Made by a program: the position numbers and the translations under genes | The notes under the pieces: model-generated | Databases searched by the model: none | What the model saw: only the letters and a program-made list of their open reading frames with translations | What the model was told of the DNA's origin: nothing | Shown here: in pieces, positions 52,950 to 59,473 of the stretch | Layout of the letters: each line of letters opens with the position of its first letter | Numbering within the stretch: the first letter of the stretch is position 1 | Origin: a virus | Taxonomy: Duplodnaviria; Caudoviricetes | Strand: one strand, 5' to 3' | IMG/VR virus record: IMGVR_UViG_3300044840_000012 | Span: 1 to 59,473 of that record | DNA length: 59,473 nucleotides

Positions 52950-53884
52950 GCCGCTGCCCCTCGCTCTTCGGCGTCCAGTCGTGTCGCCCGCTGGGCGAGC
53001 CTGGTCTCCTGCTCCGGCGTCAAGGTCGTCGGTGACGAGCGGAGCTGCTTTCTGCCGATCGGCTTGCTCTTCGGGGTGACGCCGCGCTCAAGATCCCGGA
53101 ACTTCTCGATGTGCTGGGCGTCCCGGAGAAGCAGCTCGATGTCGTTGTAGACCTCGCCGCGTTCGTTCTCGCCTCGGTTGTGCGGCGAGTGCCGCCAGCC
53201 CCTCACGGCATCAACGAGGTCCGCCTCGGGCCAGGTGCGGAGCCGAGCGCCGATGATCTTCCGGCGCTTCGCGTCGAGCATCGCCTTCGTCTTGCCGGTC
53301 GAGGTCTGCCACGCAGCGAAAACGCGATCGAGCGCGCAAGCGGGCGCGTCACTCGCTTCTGGTGGTTCCAACCCTCTCTGTTCTTCCCTTAGGAACGGAA
53401 CGGAACGCGCACCTGCGCGTGAGGGTGGGAGGTCTACCGGAGAAGTACTCGGAGAACTACCGGAGGTACTCCCGGACTCACTCCCGGAGGACTCCGAGCG
53501 AAACGCCGTGATGGCTTCCTTGATCGGCAGGGAGGCGTACCGGTCGTCGGGGTGAGGTGGCAGCTCCGATTCCGTCGGCTTGTTGATGACCTGATGGCGC
53601 CAGAAGTTCGGCAGCCAAAGGTAGGTGAAGGGCCCGGAGTCGTACGCTCGAGCGAACCCGGCGGCGGCGATCTGCTCAAGGAACCTCTCGACGGCCGGGA
53701 GCTTCACGTCGCCGGTCGGGAAGACGTGGCCGAGGATCGACGGTGGCGTGTAGCGCTGCCGGCCGCGGTCGTCGGCGAGAGTGATGAGGCCGAGCGCGAT
53801 GTAGCGTCCGGTGATCGGGAGGCCGACCACCTTCTCGTCCTGGAAGAACTCTGGCTTCACGGTCCGGATCCTCGGGCGGCTCAC
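52946..53884 (-). CDS. Replication initiator (replisome organiser type)
   Basis: RIRTVKPEFF...GLITLADDRGR...NFWRHQ.INKP; Ser-rich linker encoded by repeats. Confidence 0.85.
   Translation of the reverse strand: MSRPRIRTVKPEFFQDEKVVGLPITGRYIALGLITLADDRGRQRYTPPSILGHVFPTGDVKLPAVERFLEQIAAAGFARAYDSGPFTYLWLPNFWRHQVINKPTESELPPHPDDRYASLPIKEAITAFRSESSGSESGSTSGSSPSTSPVDLPPSRAGARSVPFLREEQRGLEPPEASDAPACALDRVFAAWQTSTGKTKAMLDAKRRKIIGARLRTWPEADLVDAVRGWRHSPHNRGENERGEVYNDIELLLRDAQHIEKFRDLERGVTPKSKPIGRKQLRSSPTTLTPEQETRLAQRATRLDAEERGAAA
53434..53497. repeat. Iteron-like repeats inside the initiator gene (putative ori)
   Basis: CTACCGGAG at 53434 and 53457; ACTCCCGGA at 53468 and 53480. Confidence 0.6.
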
Positions 53885-54738
53885 GCCGCGTCCTCGGTCG
53901 TCCATCGACGGCCCGTGACCTTGACCCGCTCGTCGTAGGCCTCAAATGCGACGCGTTCCGGCGTCAGCCGCTCGAGTCTCTCGTCAAGGGCCTCCGCGCG
54001 CGCGGGATCGATCACTCGGTGGTTGACCAGCTCGTCGAGTCGGTGGAGCGCATCTACGGCGTCGTCTGGGTAGTTGCGCTCAACCCAGGCGCCGCCCGCA
54101 AGGGCGACGGCCGAGACGAACTCCTCATCCGTGAGAATCGCGTGGTGGATTGTCACGGTCCTGTCGTGCCAACCGCGGTGGCAGCTAAAGCAGAGCGGGA
54201 CCCCGTTTCGGGCGCAGTCTTCCCGCCCCGCCTTCGTCTTGGACCTTGGCACCACGTGGTGCAGGTGGTTGGCAGCCTCGCCGCAATTGCGGCAGCAATC
54301 CTCGCCCTTCTTCTTCACCGACCACCCGGCATCGCGCCGGCCGCGCTTCTTCGCCCGTGCGTTGCCAGCGCACGTTTGAGAGCACCACTGTTGATTCTCC
54401 CGGCCTTTTACGAAGAGTTTTCCGCACCCGGGACACGGAACCTCAATCTTCTCCCCGTAGCGAGCGATGTCTCGACACTTCCAACTACAGAATCGCGCCG
54501 CCGGCCCTCCTTTCTGTCGTTTGAAGCTAGCCCCACAATGTGCACAGACGCGCTCAACCCAAGAGTGGTCGAAGAGACAAGCCTTAGTGCAAAAGCGCTG
54601 GGCTGGACTGATCGGAATGAACGTCTCAGCGCAACCGGCGCAGGCCTTCGGGCCATAGGCCCTTGCCCCGGTGTCGGCGAGACCGAACATGCGCGCCTGC
54701 GCTGACGAAATGCTTCGCCTAATAGGGGACCGCTTCAC
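53881..54738 (-). CDS. HNH endonuclease with three N-terminal Zn-finger repeats
   Basis: Three CxxC...(F/W)C(S/T)xxC repeats; CRNC...HLHHVVPRS...NGVPLCFSCH. Confidence 0.88.
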   Translation of the reverse strand: MKRSPIRRSISSAQARMFGLADTGARAYGPKACAGCAETFIPISPAQRFCTKACLFDHSWVERVCAHCGASFKRQKGGPAARFCSWKCRDIARYGEKIEVPCPGCGKLFVKGRENQQWCSQTCAGNARAKKRGRRDAGWSVKKKGEDCCRNCGEAANHLHHVVPRSKTKAGREDCARNGVPLCFSCHRGWHDRTVTIHHAILTDEEFVSAVALAGGAWVERNYPDDAVDALHRLDELVNHRVIDPARAEALDERLERLTPERVAFEAYDERVKVTGRRWTTEDAA

Positions 54739-55049
54739 GTGGCGCCGCGACGGTTCTTGACGGGCCGGGGCGCGGCGCCCCGGACTGGTTCGCCGTTAGC
54801 AAGGACCCGTGGATCGGCGAGCGTGAGGTTGCCGCCACCGCTCGCGGGGTCCTCCAACCGCGGCTCCGACGCGATTCCCCGACCCGTCAAGTCTTCAGCG
54901 AACACCGGCCGCCCAAACATCCCCTTGACCCCGGAGCACTGGAACTGGTCCACCAGGCACGGCTCAGCGATCTCGCAGAGGGTGCAGTGGCGTAACCCGT
55001 CGACCGGGGGGCCGTAGGAGTGCTGGCCGGCGTTGCGGACGAGCTTCAC
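54735..55049 (-). CDS. Hypothetical protein
   Basis: AAGGAG RBS; GTGA coupling. Confidence 0.55.
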   Translation of the reverse strand: MKLVRNAGQHSYGPPVDGLRHCTLCEIAEPCLVDQFQCSGVKGMFGRPVFAEDLTGRGIASEPRLEDPASGGGNLTLADPRVLANGEPVRGAAPRPVKNRRGAT

Positions 55050-55333
55050 GCGCGCTCCTTTAGGGTCGCCGCGTACTCAGATTGCAACATGCACGCGCGG
55101 GAGCAACAGCCCTTGAGGACGTTGCTCCAGTAGCCCAACTTCCCGCAGCCGCCACACTTCGGAGCCTCGTCGTACTTCCACGTCAGAGGACCACCGCACG
55201 CGCACTCAGCGCAGAGTTCGTCGGGGCTTCCCTTCCCTGGGTCCCACCGGAAGGAGTCGTGGCAGGTCTCACAGACGACCAGATCGGAGGGGTGATTGGC
55301 GTCCCACCGCTCCACGAGGATCGGGTAGCTCAT
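55046..55333 (-). CDS. Cys-rich hypothetical protein
   Basis: Several CxxC pairs; ATGA coupling. Confidence 0.65.
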   Translation of the reverse strand: MSYPILVERWDANHPSDLVVCETCHDSFRWDPGKGSPDELCAECACGGPLTWKYDEAPKCGGCGKLGYWSNVLKGCCSRACMLQSEYAATLKERA

Positions 55334-55647
55334 GCGCGCCCCTGCGACTTCAAGATGGCCATGCCGATCGTCGCCCTCGTTTCGAGGGTGCGCATCACGG
55401 CCTTCATCGACTCGTAGAGCGCCTCCTCCTCCTTGCCCATCAAGCCCGTCTCGACGGTCGCGCGAGCCTTCTGGGCCGTCACCGATCCCTCGTCGCTGGC
55501 CTTCAAGAACGCCACGGCGTGCGCGTACTCACGGTCACGAAGAACCCGGTACCAGGCGAGAGCCGCAGCCTCATAGACGTTCTGGCGTAGGGCGAGGTCG
55601 GCATCGATCGCGTTCAGTCGCGCTTGCACTTCGGCGGGAGAGTTCAC
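55330..55647 (-). CDS. Helical protein (recombination-mediator-like)
   Basis: All-helical; AFLKA..GSVTAQKA motif; downstream of SSAP candidate. Confidence 0.6.
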   Translation of the reverse strand: MNSPAEVQARLNAIDADLALRQNVYEAAALAWYRVLRDREYAHAVAFLKASDEGSVTAQKARATVETGLMGKEEEALYESMKAVMRTLETRATIGMAILKSQGRA

Positions 55648-56258
55648 GCCCGCTTCACCCGAGCCTCAACCTTCACCTTACGCTGACCCTGCGGAACCGC
55701 ACGCTTCGCCAGCTCCACAAGCTGAGCGGCCTCGCCGCCCATCCGCTCGAGCCGCTTCACGCCGGCCGCCGTGACCTTCTCCGACGTTGAGACCTTCACG
55801 TCGTAGACCGGGATCTTCAGGAGAGCGGTGACCTTCTCCAACTGCGCAACGAGCGGACCTAGGTCAGTTTCCACGTCCACTGAGAACGTGCCGGTCAAGC
55901 TCCTGACGATCGCCGCTCGAGCGGCCTCGGGGGCGACGACCTTCCGGCCCACGAGATCCACGAGGCCGGCGAGGAGGATGTGCCGGTCGTAGTCGGTCGT
56001 CCCCGCAGTCGGACTGGGGGCGGTCAGCTTGTAGCCGTAGCGGGCATCCTCGAGATGCTCAGTCCACCGTCCAAAGGAATCGAGTCGTCGGAGCAGCTCG
56101 CGCTGGACGTTCTCCTCCTCGTCGCGTAACGCCTGACGGATGAGCTGAAGGTCGGCGAGGTACTCGGCGAGAGTCTCGGTGCTCGCGCCGTGGACGAGGA
56201 TCGCCTCGCCCGTGAGGCGGTTGAGCGCGGTCGTCGACTTCTCGAGCGCGGTTCCCAT
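55644..56258 (-). CDS. Hypothetical protein of the recombination module
   Basis: TGATG coupling with SSAP candidate. Confidence 0.7.
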   Translation of the reverse strand: MGTALEKSTTALNRLTGEAILVHGASTETLAEYLADLQLIRQALRDEEENVQRELLRRLDSFGRWTEHLEDARYGYKLTAPSPTAGTTDYDRHILLAGLVDLVGRKVVAPEAARAAIVRSLTGTFSVDVETDLGPLVAQLEKVTALLKIPVYDVKVSTSEKVTAAGVKRLERMGGEAAQLVELAKRAVPQGQRKVKVEARVKRA

Positions 56259-57223
56259 CAGAACCCGATCCCGTGAGAGACGAGCGGGCAAGAGTCGGCG
56301 CGCCGCTCCGGGTCGGTCTGCAACCCCTGGGGGCAGATGCACAGCTCGCCCGCGCGCTTGTCGCTCAAAGGCACCGTCCCGGGCAGGTGCGCTCCCTTGT
56401 CATCGAGGACGTCGCCCTGAAGATGTAGGTCCGGGCCGGCCGCTCGAGCAGCCCGGGCGTCAGCGGCGAGCATCAGGGCGTCCGCGACGATCTGCGGCAT
56501 GTAGCCCGCGGCCTGGGCGATCACCTTGGCTACGGTTGACGCTGCGGCCTTGAGGTCAGCGGGGGCGGGCTCGAGCGGGTCCGCGTCGAGCGCGATGAGC
56601 TTGATGAGCGCCGTGACCGTGGCTGCTTTCTGCGCGTCAGCGACGACCGGCCCATACGCTGGACCGGCTTCGACCGGGGCCGCGCCGATCTCCTCTGCGC
56701 TGACCTCACCCATCCCCACGAGATCGCTGATCGCCCGGTTCTTCGCCCGGGTCGTCGCCGTCGCGCGAAGGTCGTTCTCGAGCTTCTGGCGACCCTTCGC
56801 GTCCTTGAAGCGAGGTTCGTCCGCTGAGCAGTAGCCGTCGCCGTCGCCGTACTGGCCGTTCGGTGCGACCGCCCGATAGACCGCCGAGGCCCTGACCACG
56901 AGCCCGTCGTCGTCGCGCTCGACGCTCTCACTGATCCGCTCGAGCGAGAGGTTGAACGCCCGGGCGATCTTCCGCCACCCCGACTTCTTGACGAAACGGT
57001 CACGGCTCCCCACGCGCCCTTGGTAGTCGCTCTCATCGAGCAGCTTCGGCAAGAGCGATTGGTAGGCCGCCATGCCCTGCACGACTTGATCGACGTCCAT
57101 CGGCATCAGGACTTGAGTCGTGGCGGGCGGGCGGAGCGCGAGCTCGGCCCGACGCTCAACGGGTGGGGGCTCGGGCGGTGACTCGACCACCGTCGCGTCG
57201 ACCACTTCCTCCACGGTGCTCAT
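56258..57223 (-). CDS. Putative single-strand annealing protein (Rad52/ERF-like)
   Basis: FVKKSGWRKIA...GDGYCS..E...ATATTRAKNRAISDL...VSAEE; disordered C-terminus. Confidence 0.65.
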   Translation of the reverse strand: MSTVEEVVDATVVESPPEPPPVERRAELALRPPATTQVLMPMDVDQVVQGMAAYQSLLPKLLDESDYQGRVGSRDRFVKKSGWRKIARAFNLSLERISESVERDDDGLVVRASAVYRAVAPNGQYGDGDGYCSADEPRFKDAKGRQKLENDLRATATTRAKNRAISDLVGMGEVSAEEIGAAPVEAGPAYGPVVADAQKAATVTALIKLIALDADPLEPAPADLKAAASTVAKVIAQAAGYMPQIVADALMLAADARAARAAGPDLHLQGDVLDDKGAHLPGTVPLSDKRAGELCICPQGLQTDPERRADSCPLVSHGIGF

Positions 57224-57411
57224 GCCGCCAGCCTCTCCGTGATCTGCTCAAGCGCACGGGCTCGCGGGTCCACGCCATCACCGAGGCAGTCAGGGCACGT
57301 CCCGGGGTACGCGGTCTGCGGGTCACCGAGGGGCGAGTCGTTGCACATGACCTCGCCGTCCCCGAAGCACCTTGGGCAGGCGTCGCCGTGGTCTATTCTC
57401 TGCTCAGCCAT
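57220..57411 (-). CDS. Small DnaJ-type Zn-finger protein
   Basis: CPRCFGDG...CPDCLGDG. Confidence 0.7.
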   Translation of the reverse strand: MAEQRIDHGDACPRCFGDGEVMCNDSPLGDPQTAYPGTCPDCLGDGVDPRARALEQITERLAA

Positions 57412-57640
57412 GAGGTTGCTCCTTGTGGCTCATGGGCGCCGGTCCTGTCGGGGACGCGGCGCCCTTTTCGTGCCGGCGAACGGTCGGCGGACGGTTGAAG
57501 ATCTGCTGGCCCTCCGTCAGCGCCAGCGACTCGTGCGGAACGGGCTTGCGCGTAAGGTGCGGGAGGCAGCCCTTGTGGTGCTCACGGGTTTTCGCCCACG
57601 TCTTGAACCGGGCGTTGCAGCCGCGGCAGACGTAACTCAT
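57404..57640 (-). CDS. Small C2H2-like Zn-finger protein
   Basis: YVCRGCNARFKTW...EHHKGC. Confidence 0.6.
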   Translation of the reverse strand: MSYVCRGCNARFKTWAKTREHHKGCLPHLTRKPVPHESLALTEGQQIFNRPPTVRRHEKGAASPTGPAPMSHKEQPHG

Positions 57641-57704
57641 CGCGGGTGCCTCCGGCCACTCGCCCACGCGGCGATCAGGGCCATCCAGAGGGCAAGGAAG
57701 ACGC

Positions 57705-57899
57705 TCACGCCCTCATCGCCTTCCGAGCCTGCTTGGCAGCCTTTGCCACCTTGAGCTCAAACTCGGGGTCCTTGGCGTAGACCCTCTTATCGAACGCGCG
57801 CTGCTTAGCCCGTGCCTCTACGGCCCGCAGTCGCGTTTCAGCATCGCCCTTACGCCAGTAGGACCGTCGGACAAGTTCGGCCGCTAGCGCTGGCTTCAC
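57705..57899 (-). CDS. Small basic protein
   Basis: GTGA coupling; GGAGG RBS. Confidence 0.55.
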   Translation of the reverse strand: MKPALAAELVRRSYWRKGDAETRLRAVEARAKQRAFDKRVYAKDPEFELKVAKAAKQARKAMRA

Positions 57900-58075
57900 G
57901 AGTCCTCCCTGAGCGCGGCAACGATGTCCGCCCACAACGCGGCGTCCTGCTCCTCGCGTTCTTCCTCAGCGGACCGGGCGGAATCGACCCACAAGCCAAC
58001 CGCGACGAGGAGGAGGGCTGCGGGGATCGTGGCGATCCAGAAGAGGCCGAACGCGACCCAGAAGTGTTGGCTCAC
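57896..58075 (-). CDS. Small membrane protein
   Basis: Manual translation MSQHFWVAFGLFWIATIPAALLLVAVGLWVDS...; GTGA coupling. Confidence 0.6.
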   Translation of the reverse strand: MSQHFWVAFGLFWIATIPAALLLVAVGLWVDSARSAEEEREEQDAALWADIVAALREDS

Positions 58076-58189
58076 CGCGTGGGATCTCCCAGACGGCCAC
58101 CCTTGCGAAGGCCCTCGTTGTAGATGTCCACGACCGCCTGCGCCGCACCGTCCGCCACCGTCGTCGCCTTGCCGATCTGACGCAACGTC

Positions 58190-58825
58190 TTATCGGATGG
58201 GCCACGCGGGCGTGGCGTCGTCGGCCGGACGGAACTCCACCCGATCCCCTTCGTAGAGTGGGTAGCCGAGGGAGTCGTGGGCGAGGGGTAGGATGATCTC
58301 GCCGAGGGTCCACGCTGGGCTATTACTCGTCCCGAGCCGAGCGTCGCCGCGCGCTTCGATGACACGCCATCCGCGAGGGTTCGGATTGAGCGCGTAGACC
58401 GCCCGGCTGATCTCCCCCCGCAGCCTCGTCCCGACCGGCAGCGCCCCGTACCGAGTCTCCACAAGGGGAGCCCGCTCGTTCTGTCCCGCGACCAAGCCAT
58501 CGTCCTCGTCGTGCATCTGCGTGTCCTCGCGGGCTTGGACGACGCGGAGGGCTTGGGCGAGGGTGTCCACCGCTTCGGCGACAGCGCGAGTGGCTGAGAG
58601 GACCGGGCTGCCCTCGATGTTGCGCTCGGCCTTGGCAAGTTCGTGCTCGGCCAGGGCCGCGCGTGCGATGCAGCGGCGGGTCTCCTCGCGGTCCTTGTCG
58701 AGCTGCTCGGAGAGCTTCGCCTTCTCCTCGCGTTCCAGGTGGAGGAGGTTTCGGTATCCCTCGGCTTGCTTCTGGGCGGTGTCCAGATCTCGCTCGAGTT
58801 GGCCGACGCGAATAACGAGGCTCAT
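58190..58825 (-). CDS. Coiled-coil hypothetical protein
   Basis: ATGA overlap; long N-terminal coiled coil. Confidence 0.65.
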   Translation of the reverse strand: MSLVIRVGQLERDLDTAQKQAEGYRNLLHLEREEKAKLSEQLDKDREETRRCIARAALAEHELAKAERNIEGSPVLSATRAVAEAVDTLAQALRVVQAREDTQMHDEDDGLVAGQNERAPLVETRYGALPVGTRLRGEISRAVYALNPNPRGWRVIEARGDARLGTSNSPAWTLGEIILPLAHDSLGYPLYEGDRVEFRPADDATPAWPIR

Positions 58826-59049
58826 GCCGCACCGCCCGTCCACTCATCGCGTGGACCCCTCGGAGCGACATCCTCCAGCGCCTCAATCGCCTGCCTCGGA
58901 GTCCGACCAACCGACGACAACTTCTCGGTCCTGGTGACCGCCACGTACATGCCGGCGAACGTGCCGGATGGTGAGGCACTCAAGCGGACCGCCCCGTCTT
59001 TCAGCCATGCCCGCTGGGTGTCGGTGAGCTGATCGCGGAGAGCGGTCAT
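58822..59049 (-). CDS. Small hypothetical protein
   Basis: ATGA coupling on both sides; partial variant copy at 1..150. Confidence 0.6.
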   Translation of the reverse strand: MTALRDQLTDTQRAWLKDGAVRLSASPSGTFAGMYVAVTRTEKLSSVGRTPRQAIEALEDVAPRGPRDEWTGGAA

Positions 59050-59473
59050 GCTCGACCTGCACCCTCATTGAAAATGCCAACCAGGCGAAGGTAAAGAGCT
59101 GTCGCGTGTTCCTCGCAGAGCTGCGCCGTTTGACCGACAACGTGTTTGCGGGGATGGTCCCCGGCGTAGAGGTTGATCTGGACGGCGCCCTTCGTGGGTG
59201 CGCCACAGACGGCGCAACCACGACGGCTCCGCCTCCCGCGTAGTTCCTCGAAGCTGCTCATGCCGCCTCCCCCAGCGCGTGACCAAGCGAAACCAGGCAG
59301 CCCTCGCAGAGAAGCGTGCGAGCCGGGCGAAGACACCTACGGCACGCCCGCTCGGCACCCACGACCACCGGAGCACAGGCCGGGGACCGTGGGTGCTCCA
59401 CGGGGGAGGGAGCTGCACTGCCTTCGACCGGCTGAGGGTATGGAGCCGGGCGAAGATGGGGGAGAAGGACGAG
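58900..59473. repeat. Terminal overlap, copy 2
   Basis: Matches 1..574 with 15 substitutions. Confidence 0.95.

Larger units (their letters stand above)
1..58899. mobile_element. Complete circular temperate phage genome (contractile tail, HK97-type head)
   Basis: Terminase, portal, protease, capsid, sheath, tube, baseplate, lysis, repressor, integrase and an intact attP are all present; the two ends overlap. Confidence 0.95.

Noticed and set aside
58072-58190. Short ORF or frameshifted tail (LRQIGKATTVADG...IYNEGLR)
   Set aside because: Plausible small TTG-start gene, but no clear RBS or slippery site, so not reported as a feature
58900-59473. Biological direct terminal repeat
   Set aside because: Cuts through early genes, copies differ, ends in a 127-bp exact match typical of assembly overlap; HNH/terminase layout suggests ends near 33.6 kb
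1-59473. CRISPR array, rRNA, retron or intron
   Set aside because: No regularly spaced repeats, rRNA-like tracts or reverse transcriptase motifs seen by eye

Overview
The window is essentially one complete, circular (excised/virion-form) genome of a very GC-rich temperate tailed phage, about 58.9 kb (1..574 is repeated at 58900..59473 as an imperfect assembly overlap). Gene content and motifs point to an actinobacterial host (inference). Nearly all genes are on the minus strand; the two clear exceptions are a repressor (1574..2020) and a membrane protein (2324..2758). Minus-strand order: immunity switch (~1.5 kb); early genes (SSAP, HNH, replication initiator with iterons, Mom-like XF1762 protein, RusA, DUF1643, C5 methyltransferase, GIY-YIG / tyrosine integrase / GIY-YIG, attP matching a tRNA-like 3' end, SNF2-like helicase, amino-methyltransferase, MazG-like, ASCH); a LamG/Ig/GH39 appendage cassette; putative cos region; HNH, terminase, portal, HK97 protease, TWO paralogous HK97-fold capsid genes; contractile tail (sheath, tube, -1 frameshift chaperones, short tape measure, hub, spike/beta-helix, wedge, fibre); lysis cassette with NlpC/P60 and RlpA enzymes. 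Most notable: the tandem capsid paralogs, a C5 methyltransferase locus coded in two frames over nearly its whole length (motif IX in the second frame), an attP that splits the early operon, and a glycoside-hydrolase appendage module outside the tail operon. All family calls come from motif recognition by eye; no database search was run.
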